Positions 34,400 to 46,835 are shown, counted from the whole stretch's first letter. The stretch is DNA of 63,940 nucleotides, filler included, from Octopus bimaculoides (GCF_001194135.2; 6 parts of 6 records of this genome joined end to end with filler, not necessarily neighbours in it), one strand, 5' to 3'. Translations and numbers: made by a program. The notes: generated by a model not told the origin, from the sequence alone.

Positions 34400-34639
34400 A
34401 ATACTGCTAGATTACGAGGGACATAAATAAACCAGCACCAGTTGTCAAGCGGTTGGGAAGGCGGACAAACAAAAGATGCACAAACACATAACGGGCTTCT
34501 CTCAGTTTCCATCTACGTAATCCACTCACAAGGCTTTGATCAACGTGTGATTATAGTAGAAGACACTTGCCCAACGTGCCACTCAGTGGGATTGAACCTG
34601 GAACCATGTGGTCTGGAAGCAAGCTTCTTACCACACAGC

Positions 34640-34641
<2 letters not shown>
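34400..34641 (-). mobile_element. SINE AB copy (head, short spacer, partial tail), inverted relative to 34267-34378
   Basis: Minus strand TGGCTGTGTGGTAAG (A-box), GGTTCAATCCC (B-box), TTGGGCAAGTGTC. Confidence 0.85.
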
Positions 34642-34672
<31 letters not shown>

Positions 34673-35033
34673 TCGACCGTACATACTCAATGTATGTGTC
34701 TTGTTTTGTTCGCCAGTTTGCTGCCGTATAGCGCCTGGGGGACAACACCCGAAGGTCATAGACAAGCGAGACAACTCGCCTCCAATCGAATTAAAAAGTG
34801 ACGGATACCAATATTTCGCCATTTTTGTGGCTTATCAACATCACGTATCTGAATTGAGCCNNNNNNNNNNNNNNNNNNNNNNNNNNNNNNNNNNNNNNNN
34901 NNNNNNNNNNNNNNNNNNNNNNNNNNNNNNNNNNNNNNNNNNNNNNNNNNNNNNNNNNNNNNNNNNNNNNNNNNNNNNNNNNNNNNNNNNNNNNNNNNNN
35001 NNNNNNNNNNNNNNNNNNNNNNNNNNNNNNNNN

Positions 35034-35069
<36 letters not shown>

Positions 35070-35072
35070 TGA

Positions 35073-35103
<31 letters not shown>

Positions 35104-35483
35104 CGTGAGTGAGAGAGAGAGAACATGTACATGTATGTGTGAGAGAGAGAGAGACAATATGTGTGTGTATGAGTATGTATATATATGAATGTGTGTGTGA
35201 TTATGTATGTGTGTGTGCATGTGTGAGTGAGTATGTATGTGCGAGCGTGTGTATAAATATATGTATGTATGTATGTATGTATGTACGTACACACTTCGTT
35301 TAGGTATTGCAAGATTAATAACCTAGTGTAGAACTCAATATACGTACGCTTGAGACCGAAGTATTGGCTGAGTATACCGCAATAATAAGAAAAAGAGACG
35401 ACAAGGGAATAAATGATTATCTTAAGAACTTCATTAGCTAACAACTGTTTCTGCTATAACATGCAATGGACTCATAGTTGATA

Positions 35484-35559
<76 letters not shown>

Positions 35560-35659
35560 TGCACGCGTCTATGTTCTTTTTCTCATTTTGATTTAGAGTA
35601 AATTTTGACCAGCTCCCTGCTGAGTAAGAGGGTTCTAAAAAAAGGCACTCTGTCTTGTT

Positions 35660-36370
35660 CGTAATCCTTTAAATCTTAAGGCCTTGCAGATTTTTATTGT
35701 CGCGGTTATCGCGATCATTTGTAGCGCATGAATTAAGAGTCTGTATTCTCTCTCCAAGATCTCAAGTCCAGACATACTTTGCTCCAAACAAGTTAGCATG
35801 TATCATCCCCTAGATCCAATAATAATGGGTATGAAACTGAAAACGTATCTTTGGTATTAGATTCGCAAACTCCTCATCAATAGTCCATACACGTTCTCTA
35901 TCCCCCATGTTTTTCTAACCACATTGGTGTCTACAGGTCAGCATACCTTTTACTTGTGGTTTCACACAACGATATCTGGCTGTTTGTGTTTTAACTTGAT
36001 GATTCTTCAGATTTTTAAGTTCCACCAATATCCTTTCAACCCTTCGGTCTCAATATGGTCAACTTCGATAGTAAATGCTTTCTATTTTTCTCATCCTGTT
36101 CCAGACTGTTCTGGCCACTGTGTCTTCCCTCTTGGGATGATATCTGGAGGGCATTCTCTGGCAATCTTCAGTTGCAGTTCTGCATTGCTCCCTCTTGTTG
36201 TCCATCAATGTTTTCTGTCTTTTATGCAACAAGGATTTGGTGGGGATTTCTTGTCCCTGAATTGCACGGAGGTAGCCTTCGAAGTGGAATGTCATGAATT
36301 TCTCGGTACTCTGTGCCAGGCTTTTTATGTGATCAATCTCTTCTATGGTTTGTGTTTTTCATGCCAATTA
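35660..36370 (-). mobile_element. Decayed RLE-type (R4/NeSL-like) non-LTR retrotransposon C-terminus
   Basis: Minus strand FEGYLRAIQGQEIPTK, YWWN, KHKQPDIVV, FIPIIIG, AITATIKICK; homologous to 62963-63700. Confidence 0.7.
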
Positions 36371-36384
36371 TCCATGTACCGATA

Positions 36385-36705
36385 AATGCTCAAGCTCAGT
36401 GATTAGAACATCTGGCTTACAATCGTGAGGTTGTGAGTTCGATTCCTGGAACAGGCTGTGTAGTGTTCTTGAGCATGACACTTTATTCCATGTTGCTCCG
36501 GTTCACTCAGCCATAGAAATGAGTTGTGACATCAGTACTGCCAAGCTTTCCCTTGGATAACATTGGTGGCGTGGAAAGGAGAGGCTGGTTTGCATGGAAG
36601 ACTGCTGATATTCCATTAACGACCTTGCCAGGACTTGTGCCTCGAAGGAGAACTTTCTTGGAGCAATTCTATGGTCATTCGTGACTGAAGGGAGTCTTTA
36701 CCTTC
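36385..36705 (+). mobile_element. tRNA-derived SINE with CORE-like middle and a distinct tail
   Basis: GCTCAGTGATTAG (A-box), GTTCGATTCC (B-box), TTCTTGAGCATGACACTTTATTCCATGTTGCTCCGGTTCACTCAGC; tail GGTCATTCGTGACTGAAGGGAGTCTTTACC. Confidence 0.75.
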
Positions 36706-37015
36706 TTATCTTGTCCATGTACTATTTTCCATACAATTTTCATCATCCCACTACCAAGTATGACATCACCCCTTCCTTCCTTCTTCATTTATCACCCATT
36801 CTTTTCTCATTCATAAACACAAGAGTATTATTATAGTAGATTATCCCGGTAACCATGGGGGCTATGAAAAATACAAAGCTCAGCATCACCACCGGATCAT
36901 TCTACACATCTGTGTAAATTTTCACGCAATTCCACCCAGCCATTTGACCGTGAATCCCAAGAAACGAAAGAATCGCCCATGTCAAAGTTATATATATATA
37001 TATATATATATATAT

Positions 37016-37115
37016 NNNNNNNNNNNNNNNNNNNNNNNNNNNNNNNNNNNNNNNNNNNNTTAATTAATTAANNNNNNNNNNNNNNNNNNNNNNNNNNNNN
37101 NNNNNNNNNNNNNNN
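37016..37115. other. Artificial scaffold-joining linker
   Basis: 44N + TTAATTAATTAA (37060-37071) + 44N. Confidence 0.97.
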
Positions 37116-37289
37116 AGAAAGGCCATTCCTGCTTTCTTTGTCTCCTTTTTTGTCTTTTTGTTGCCTTTCTCTAACTCTGTCTCATTTTCAGCCCCCCTTT
37201 TTTTTCCTTCCTCTCACACATACATAAATGTGTGTGTGGGGTGGGTGGGGTGTATTCGTCTATTCGTTCATTTGATTATTCGTTCGCTT

Positions 37290-37590
37290 GTTTCAGACAA
37301 TTTGACTGCGGCCATGCTGAAGCATCGCCTTTAGTCGAGCAAATCGACCCCAGGACTTATACTTTGTAAACCTAGCACTTATTCTTTCGGTCTCTTTTGC
37401 CGAACCGCTAAGTTACGGGGACGTAAGCACACCAACATCGGTTATCAAGCGATGGTGTGGGGGACAAACGCAGACACACAAATACACGCACACACACATA
37501 TTTATATACGACGGGCTTCTTTCAGTTTCCATGTACCAAATCAACTCAAGGCTTTGGTCGACCCGAGGCTACAGTAGAAAACGCTTGCCC
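37290..37590 (-). mobile_element. SINE AB copy (tail + CA microsatellite + CORE), truncated by a mariner relic
   Basis: TTTGACTGCGGCCATGCT...GGGGGACAAAC-(CA-rich)-TATACGACGGGCTTCTTTCAGTTTCC...GCTTGCCC. Confidence 0.9.
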
Positions 37591-38151
37591 TGACATAAAA
37601 AGTTGTCATGGCGATACCTGCTCAGAAGCCTACGCAAAGTTGCAGAAAGTGTATGAAGAGGAGTGTATGAGCCGCAGAGAAGTGTACGAGTGTTTCAGAC
37701 GTTTCCCAGATGGCCCCAAAAATGTCAGTATTGGCGAAAGTTCTGGGAGACCCGCAACCAGCAGAACTGAGAAAAATATCGCAGATGTGAGTGCAGCTGT
37801 GAGGGTAAATCGTCGAATCACCATCCGTGAGTTATCAAAGGATGTGCAGATTAGTTACGATTCAGTTCAGTCCATTATCTCTGAAGATTTGGATATGGGA
37901 CGCGTGTCTACTAAGTTTGTGCCAAAATTGCTTTCAGCTGACCAAAAAGACACTCAGGTTTCAATTGTACAAGATCTCCTTGGTTGTGTCGAGAATGATC
38001 AACATTTTTTGAAAACTTTGCGTAGACTTCTGAGCAGGTTTCGCCAAGCTTCTGGCAAAATCTGAAGCAGATTCTCTGCTCAACTTTCTCTGTCATAGTG
38101 AATGCGACGATCACACGCTACACATTCTTTACTTTAGTCTACTTACGGGTG

Positions 38152-38155
<4 letters not shown>
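37591..38155 (+). mobile_element. Mariner transposase N-terminal relic with an inverted duplicate of its own 5' end
   Basis: Plus strand GDTCSEAYAKLQKVY...RREVYECFRRF...SGRPATSRT...NRRITIRELS...RVSTKFVPKLL; minus strand from ATG 38096: MTEKVEQRICFRFCQKLGETCSEVYAKF; 37609-37642 is inverted at 38013-38046. Confidence 0.85.
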
Positions 38156-38186
<31 letters not shown>

Positions 38187-38802
38187 ATATGCGTAGGAGC
38201 AAGTATATTTGTGTACATATGTATGTGCATATGTAGGTATGCGTGTATATATGTGTATATAAAAGTATATATATGTACGTATATGTGTATATGTGTATGC
38301 ATATCTGTGTGTGTATATATATATGTGTGTGTGTGTGTGTGTATATATATATGTGTGTATGTGTGTATATATGTGTGTATGTGTGCGTGTATGTATACGT
38401 ATGTACGTGCGTGAGTGTATATATGTGTGTGTGAGTGCGTGTGTCTGTGTGTTTGTGTATGTACATGTGAGTGTGTATGTGCGTGTGTGATGAATCGCAC
38501 GAGGTGTTTTTCTTTCTTGTTTTCTCATTTTATTTCTATATTTATCTATAAATTTGCTTATCGAACGACATATCCACGTGATATTATTATGATTCTAGAA
38601 CAATCAAATGAGAAATATATCTATCACCAGCTATATAAAATCAGAGGTCTTCGACCTGTAACCAGTTTGATAAGTGCCAATGTACAAAACTCTTCGATCT
38701 TGAGTCACTCTGTTACTTCTGTTAAATATTATCATAAATATACTTATACTCATGTTTCGAGTTCTATTTTCCCTGTTTGCACCAACATGCCTGCATGCAT
38801 GT

Positions 38803-38853
<51 letters not shown>

Positions 38854-39637
38854 NNNNNNNNNNNNNNNNNNNNNNNNNNNNNNNNNNNNNNNNNNNNNNN
38901 NNNNNNNNNNNNNNNNNNNNNNNNNNNNNNNNNNNNNNNNNNNNNNNNNNNNNNNNNNNNNNNNNNNNNNNNNNNNNNNNNNNNNNNNNNNNNNNNNNNN
39001 NNNNNNNNNNNNNNNNNNNNNNNNNNNNNNNNNNNNNNNNNNNNNNNNNNNNNNNNNNNNNNNNNNNNNNNNNNNNNNNNNNNNNNNNNNNNNNNNNNNN
39101 NNNNNNNNNNNNNNNNNNNNNNNNNNNNNNNNNNNNNNNNNNNNNNNNNNNNNNNNNNNNNNNNNNNNNNNNNNNNNNNNNNNNNNNNNNNNNNNNNNNN
39201 NNNNNNNNNNNNNNNNNNNNNNNNNNNNNNNNNNNNNNNNNNNNNNNNNNNNNNNNNNNNNNNNNNNNNNNNNNNNNNNNNNNNNNNNNNNNNNNNNNNN
39301 NNNNNNNNNNNNNNNNNNNNNNNNNNNNNNNNNNNNNNNNNNNNNNNNNNNNNNNNNNNNNNNNNNNNNNNNNNNNNNNNNNNNNNNNNNNNNNNNNNNN
39401 NNNNNNNNNNNNNNNNNNNNNNNNNNNNNNNNNNNNNNNNNNNNNNNNNNNNNNNNNNNNNNNNNNNNNNNNNNNNNNNNNNNNNNNNNNNNNNNNNNNN
39501 NNNNNNNNNNNNNNNNNNNNNNNNNNNNNNNNNNNNNNNNNNNNNNNNNNNNNNNNNNNNNNNNNNNNNNNNNNNNNNNNNNNNNNNNNNNNNNNNNNNN
39601 NNNNNNNNNNNNNNNNNNNNNNNNNNNNNNNNNNNNN

Positions 39638-39680
<43 letters not shown>

Positions 39681-40594
39681 TATAAATGTATATGTGTGTA
39701 TACACATGTCTATGTATAATTACATGTATACATGTTTACAAATATATATATGTATTTACACGTATATACAAACACATATGCATACATATATATATATATA
39801 TATATAGATACACATATATACGTGTATATATGTGTATGTGTGTGCGCATGCTCGTGTGTATCTGCGTGTGTTTATATCTTCCTCCTTATTCAATACACTT
39901 GGGACCCGCGTTAATAGGAGAAGCCATTGTCATTCGAATAGACTTTGTTGAGCATCATTCAAAGATTGTAATGAAGACCTCAATAGAAGAGGAAAAAAAG
40001 AACATGTAAAATGAGATCTGTGACAACGGCAAATGGCAGCAATACCAGTATCGATAACAATATGCGTGTGTAAGTGCGTGTGTATGTGTATGTGTATATG
40101 TATGTGTGTTGTGTGTGTGTCTGCTGGTGCGTATGTGATTGTGTCTGAATTTATATAACATATGAGCTTTGATTGTCTGTCCAAATATAATTTGGTACTG
40201 AATACAAACTGTAGAGCTAAACATATTTTTTAAAAAGTAATACAGCTAATTAAGATTTGAGCAAATTAAGATTTGAATTCTACACCAAAGATGAATAAGT
40301 CAATATTAAATTCTGATAGCGATTGCAACCCGGTGAGGGGAAAAGGGAGCCGAGAACGCATTTCCCATTCCCTTCCGATGAGAGTGACCTGCTTTCGCTT
40401 TTGGATCCAGAGGAACTTTTCTTCATTACATGGACCTGCAACATCATAGATCTTTATTATCGATGAATGTGATTACGGAATAAGCCATGATGCTCTCGAA
40501 ACAGCTGTCGAGTTGACACTATTGAGTAACTGCTTTCGCTCTATTTCTTATTAGGTACTGTATAGTTTGTATTTCATATAAGTATATCTAAGTC

Positions 40595-40665
<71 letters not shown>

Positions 40666-40696
40666 CAAAATAAGCAACAAGGATATTCCAGGTTAA

Positions 40697-40784
40697 TGCA
40701 GTACGATCGTTTCATGCGACTCCATTTATTTAAGCAATGTGAGCATTACATTAAATGTAAAATGCAGAGCAATCTTCAGCTGCA
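40697..40784 (-). ncRNA. Candidate type I hammerhead ribozyme with canonical core and palindromic helix III
   Basis: Minus strand TGCAG-CTGAAGA-TTGC...(long helix II/loop)...GCAT-GAAAC-GATC-GTA-CTGCA; ACGATCGT is palindromic. Confidence 0.65.
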
Positions 40785-41689
40785 CAAAGATACAGAAAAT
40801 TTACTGAAATTTCATTTCAGTAGAAGGACATATTATTGTAACTACATTTAAACATTCCAAGTGGGAAGGAAGAATATAAGAAAATATTTTGACTTAGCCA
40901 GATCAAACTGGCTAGTAATTAATTCCAAGCAGAATTTTAACTGTCACTGATTTCATTTGTTTTTTTTTTGTTTCGTTTCATCCTTTCAGACCTAGGGATT
41001 TAAAGCTTAAGAGGACACCAGCCTTTTCCTTATAAGGAAAGGGAAGGGGTAAACAATGGATATGGTTATAAAGATTCTTTTGGTTTTAGTGACACCACTA
41101 TTATAGTTTGGGGGTGGTTTCCTACTAGCAGACCAGTTTATAATGTAGCAGAAACTGTATAAACATCGCAAACAACTTTTGCTATATATGAAAAATATGT
41201 AAAATATTAAAACAATTGACGAAAAATATCTATAATAAAATTCTAATTGAAAAATATAAATTTTTCTTAAAACAAAATACACGGGTGAAGTAAATCTCGT
41301 GGTGTGAAGAATCAGCACAACATGCGGTTGTCATGGAAGCAAGGTGTTAATGCCTTGCTGTCTGTTGATTGGCTAAAATTACCTAAATTTCCCAACTTTA
41401 ATTCCAAATAACATAAGATTCTATAATTTACGAAATAAAGTAATTGGCTGATCGTAATCAAAATTCAGAGTTATATCGATACACCTAAATTAAAAGCAAT
41501 CTGAGCAATATTAAAGGGGGCTTTTTTTCAAATGAAAAAGACTAGATCCTAATTTATATATCAATCTGCATACATTATCTATCACTGTCTGTATACCAAC
41601 CAATCCGCACTTTCTATCTAGCTAACTAAATCTTCATTTTTACCTACATAACTGTTTAACCACCAATCTTTCAATGATCCCTTTTCTCT

Positions 41690-41960
41690 AACAGTTAAAT
41701 CTCTGCTAGCTACACCAAATCTCTATTCTGCACCCAAGGAAAAGTACGTCTGAAGGAACATGAAAGGAATTGGAACTCTACGGATCAATACATTGTAGGA
41801 ACACGAGTCAGTGTGGGAATATTATAAAAAAATATCAGTGAAAGCAGTCGACATGAGAAAGAAAACAATATTGGCGGGTAAATATCTGAGGTATAGCCAC
41901 GTGATACTGTAAAGGATTTGTTGATGGAGGTGTTGATGATAATGTTGGGTGATGAATCGT
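41690..41960 (+). mobile_element. Possible very old RTE-like remnant
   Basis: Scattered LYGS and LR.YSHV fragments in RTE order; weak. Confidence 0.3.
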
Positions 41961-42310
41961 CTGAAATGAACACTTCATAATGTGTGTGTGTGTGTGTGTG
42001 TGTGTAAATCTAGCTAGTTTGATGTTTGGTGGAGGCAGGGAAGGAAGTACGATTGGGAGTTAACGGTGAATCTGCCGTCTCATGCTATCACTTTACACAC
42101 GACTCGACAAGGTGACCCTCCTCTTCTCCCTATCTCCCCCCTCTCTGTCTTTAGTGCACTCGTGAAATCTTAGGCGTGTTTTCCGGTACTCTTTGTGGTA
42201 TTTTGACTCCTTGAAAAACCTGACAAACTTGCCAGATACCCTTTCAAGGTCTAATTCTATTCCTAAATTCAGGAACGCAACCGAAAAGTAGTAGTTACGC
42301 TAACAGAAAG

Positions 42311-42361
<51 letters not shown>

Positions 42362-42530
42362 TTGCTGCTACTACTGCTACCACCACCACCACCGCCACCA
42401 CCACCGCCGCTGCCGCNNNNNNNNNNNNNNNNNNNNNNNNNNNNNNNNNNNNNNNNNNNNNNNNNNNNNNNNNNNNNNNNNNNNNNNNNNNNNNNNNNNN
42501 NNNNNNNNNNNNNNNNNNCCACCACCACCA

Positions 42531-42772
42531 CTTGTAACACAAAAGATGAACTGAAGGCAAGGATTATGGCAGCATTCATCAACTGAAACAAGGAGACGGT
42601 CCACGCAGGGGATTCCGAAGTCGTCTGGAGGCCGTGGTTGAAGCCAATGGTGATTTTATTGAATATTTCAAGATATTTTTATGCAATTTTGGTAAATATA
42701 TCTGTTAAAATGAAATGTCAGTGTTATTTTCATTTTTGCGTAATTTAGACGGCAGTTTATTCACCGCGCCCT

Positions 42773-42773
<1 letters not shown>
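42531..42773 (+). mobile_element. maT (DD37D) element 3' end with TIR
   Basis: CNTKDELKARIMAAF...RFRSRLEAVVEANGDFIE; ends CACCGCGCCCTG-TA; colinear with 51581-52080. Confidence 0.85.
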
Positions 42774-42821
<48 letters not shown>

Positions 42822-42897
42822 CACGGATCGAATCCGGTCGCAGTCGATTTTGCATTTTATGTTTGGGTGTCTCAAAATGCTATATCAGTCCACAGCG

Positions 42898-43075
42898 GTA
42901 GGTTCTCAAGGTGATTCAGCATGACGCAGAGTGTGACAAGACTGGTCCTTTGTAATTACAGGTACAGCTGGAGCAGGACTGGAGCAACGAGAAACAAAGT
43001 GTCTTGCTCAAGGATACGAGACGCCGTCGGAAATTGAACTCACGACCTTACGATCGAGAGCGATGCGCCTTCACC
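42898..43075 (-). mobile_element. SINE family C (C1), partial
   Basis: GATTCAGCATGACGCAGAGTGTGACAAGACTGG...GTGTCTTGCTCAAGG...TTACGATCG, similar to 11395-11710. Confidence 0.7.
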
Positions 43076-44147
43076 ACACAGACACACACACAGACAGATA
43101 CACACACGCACACATACATGTTGTTTAAGTAAAGGTAATGAGAATTCAGTTAATATGAAGTGAAGTGGTTGACTCGTGACGCGCAGTGGTTGGTGCTTTT
43201 TCTTTTCTGGGATCAAATCCGGTCGCAGTCGATTTTGCATTTTATATTTGGGTGTCTCAAAATAATATATCAGTCAACAGCGGTAGGTTCTCAGAATTAT
43301 TAGAGCCCTGGGACAAACACCAATACAGGTTTTTGCTTTTATACGTGGTAGACTTAAAACGTCACACAGGTTAACATTATCGACTGATCCTTGGGTACTT
43401 CTAGTGTAGTATCTTCTGTTACAAGCATCTGGGAGAGTCTTAGCTTAAGATTAGCCCTAACATCTCCCCCATCAGTCTTGGATGCCAAGAATAGAGACAG
43501 GACCATAACCCTACCCTTCCCCTATTCTGTAAACAATAAAAAAAATGTTGGGTTCGACTTGGAAACTATGTTCCTACTCAACCACTCTTGAACCCATCAA
43601 CAGGACTTATCGTAAATTAGACACGATTTTCATAAATATTTCTGACGAATCTTATCCGTCAACTGACAACCAAAGTCATATTACATGAAGATCTTGACAC
43701 ATTCCTTCGAACATTGTTATAACATACTCGATATAATTCTTATCCACAAAACAAACTGTCATAGAATGGACAACAGACAACAGTCCTTCCTTCCTTTCTG
43801 CAGCGTTCAGAAGTCACAGATTGTTGGTATTAAATTGTTTAAGACTAGCACTCAGACCGTGTGGATCTTATCAAAGAGGAAGATGTGTGCACAGATGCTT
43901 GTATGTGAGCGCGGGTATATATGTATATATACAGATATATATATATGTATATACATGCGTACATACATACATACATACATGCATGCATGCACACATATAT
44001 AGATGTATACATACATATCAATATTCATAAAAATGAATGTTATACCTGCATATGTATGCAAGTACTGTTGTTTCGAATCTAACAGATTCTCAGACACATA
44101 CATCTGTGTCTGTATAACTGTAAAGCAAAATATTTAGAAATGACAAT

Positions 44148-44233
<86 letters not shown>

Positions 44234-44241
44234 GTACTTTA

Positions 44242-44590
44242 CAGGAGGCACAATGGCCCAGTGGTTCGGTCGTAGGACGCGGTTGTGAGTGTTTATTGAG
44301 CGAAAACTCCTAAATCTCCACGAAGTTCCGGCAGGGTGTGGTGGCGAACCCTGCTGTACTCCTTCATCACAACTTTCCCTCACTCTTTCTTCCTGTTTCT
44401 GTTGCACCTGTATTTCAAAGGGGCCAGCCTTGTCGCACTCTGTGTCACGCTGAATCTCCCCGAGAACTACGTTAAGGGTACACGTGCCTGTGGAATGCTC
44501 AGCCACTTGCACATTAATTTCATGAGCAGGCTGTTCCGTTGATCGGATCAATTGGAACCCTCGACGTCGTAACCGACGGAGCACCTCGAC
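44242..44590 (+). mobile_element. tRNA-derived SINE family C, subtype C2
   Basis: AATGGCCCAGTGGTT head (B-box region partly deleted); middle and tail colinear with 27890-28277. Confidence 0.85.
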
Positions 44591-45033
44591 ATTTTATACA
44601 TCTGCTTCTGTATACACAGAAACACTTTCACACACACATAAATATAGACTTAATGCTTGTGTATATCTTTCTGTTTTCAAAATTTGTTATTTTCGCTCCA
44701 TAGTGTCGGTTGATTCTCTGGTTGCTGCGAAAATAAATATCCGAAATAAAATGGAACATTAACAGATTGAGTTTGACTGACTAAACAAACAAAAACAGAC
44801 TCTGCGTAGCCATGACTGAGAAGATAATGTATGTTGACTGTTGATTTACTCGCCGCTGTTTTGTCTTCGAGAAGCGTCTGTTTCTTGCAGCAGACACTTC
44901 TAGAATTGAACCGTGTCACAAATACATCGATTTCTCACGTGTCTTCCGCTTCCTGGTTTTCCTGTTGCTACTTCCTCAACGCCTCCCTCCTTCCCTCCGC
45001 TTCATACTGCTACTGCTGCTGCTGCTGCTGCTG

Positions 45034-45085
<52 letters not shown>

Positions 45086-45149
45086 AACTACTACTACCAC
45101 TACAACTACTACTATATATGTATATATATGTGTGTGTATATGTTTGTAT

Positions 45150-45365
45150 GTCTGTGTTTGTCCCACCAACATCGCTTGACAACCGATTCTGGTGTATTTA
45201 CGTCCCCGTAACTTAGCGGTTCGGCCAAAGAGACCGATAGAATAAGTACCAGGCTTACAAAGAATAAGTACTGGGGTCGATTTGCTCGACTGAAGGCGGT
45301 GCTCCAGCATGGCCGCAGTCAAATGACTGAAACAAGTAAAAGGTAAAAGATAAAAGGAAGATAAA
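45150..45365 (+). mobile_element. SINE AB tail with CR1-like 3' end
   Basis: CATCGCTTGACAACCG...AGGCGGTGCTCCAGCATGGCCGCAGTCAAATGACTGAAACAAGTAAAAGGTAAAAGATAAAAG. Confidence 0.9.
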
Positions 45366-45729
45366 GATACACACAATTGCATCCATATATATATATAATA
45401 TTTATCCGGATGAATATATCTTCTGCTTTAATAGGAATTTTTTTCCATAGATTTCTAATGCCTTTTCATCATANNNNNNNNNNNNNNNNNNNNNNNNNNN
45501 NNNNNNNNNNNNNNNNNNNNNNNNNNNNNNNNNNNNNNNNNNNNNNNNNNNNNNNNNNNNNNNNNNNNNNNNNNNNNNNNNNNNNNNNNNNNNNNNNNNN
45601 NNNNNNNNNNNNNNNNNNNNNNNNNNNNNNNNNNNNNNNNNNNNNNNNNNNNNNNNNNNNNNNNNNNNNNNNNNNNNNNNNNNNNNNNNNNNNNNNNNNN
45701 NNNNNNNNNNNNNNNNNNNNNNNNNNNNN

Positions 45730-45774
<45 letters not shown>

Positions 45775-46289
45775 ATATGTGTGTGTGTGTGTGTGTGTAT
45801 ATGCATGTGTATTCATATATATATGCATGTGTGGGTGTGCGAATGTGTGTGTGCGTGTGTATGTATCAAATGGAATTATGTGTATTACATTTCTAAGAAA
45901 GACAATTTTTTTCTTCTAATTTAGTCACAAATCTAGCAGTGACTTGTAACTTCATTTTTCTTTATGAAGGATGAAGTTGTCATCGACAGCATTTGAACTC
46001 GGGACGTTAAAAAAGAAAGCCATGACTGAATAACAGAATCAGTTTGTTCGACGCTCTCACGTTTCTGCCAACAAGTATGAAAGACATTATACATATTAAT
46101 GGTATAAAGAAATAGGATTTCCATAAAAAATGCGAAAGTTAGGTAGGGACAAAATTCATATAAAATAAAATATATGAAGACTACAACACACACACACGCA
46201 CGCACACACACAAGCATGCAAGGACATACACACACAAGCGTCTATGCTTCAAGCATATGTTATTTCTATAAAATATGCTTTTAAATACA

Positions 46290-46470
46290 CAACTCCGTTC
46301 GGCAATTATGCTGCGTGCCGTTCTGTTAAATTTAAAGTGGGTCGATTTTGCCTTTCATCCTTCCAGGGGTATGATAAAAAAATGTAGCAGTCACGCACTG
46401 GAGTAGAATTTATCAGCTGTGTCTTCCCAAAGAAATTCTTGGCCTTCTGCCTATGTTAGGAGTTATTTTA
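46290..46470 (+). mobile_element. Diverged SINE family D
   Basis: GTCGATTTTGCCTTTCATCCTT...GGCCTTCTGCCTATGTTAG. Confidence 0.6.
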
Positions 46471-46835
46471 TTAAAATTCTCCAGACCCGCATCTAGACCC
46501 CCTACCATAATATATGGTGGATAGTAAAACCTCAGAATGCCATGCTATAACGAATCTTGTGCCTGTAAAATACGTTAACAATATCTTGAAACACGGATTG
46601 CTGAAAATATTTGGAGTTAATGCATCACATAAACAAGCAGATATAATAGTATATGCATTTTAAAACATATTTACATTTCACATGCTAACGAGTAAAAAGT
46701 ACTTTGTGGTCTTACATTTGGTTATGTAAATGCATAAGTTTCTATACACACATGAGTATATGTACGTGCACCGTTGACTGAACACTATTCATTTTCTTTC
46801 TTTTTTTCTCCGTGTTTTTCTCCTTGTCTCCGTAT

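Noticed and set aside
43400-43620. Possible CR1/L2 RT relic on the minus strand (also 56090-56450)
   Set aside because: Only faint motif echoes (VQEWLSRN, MLGL); too weak to call without alignment.
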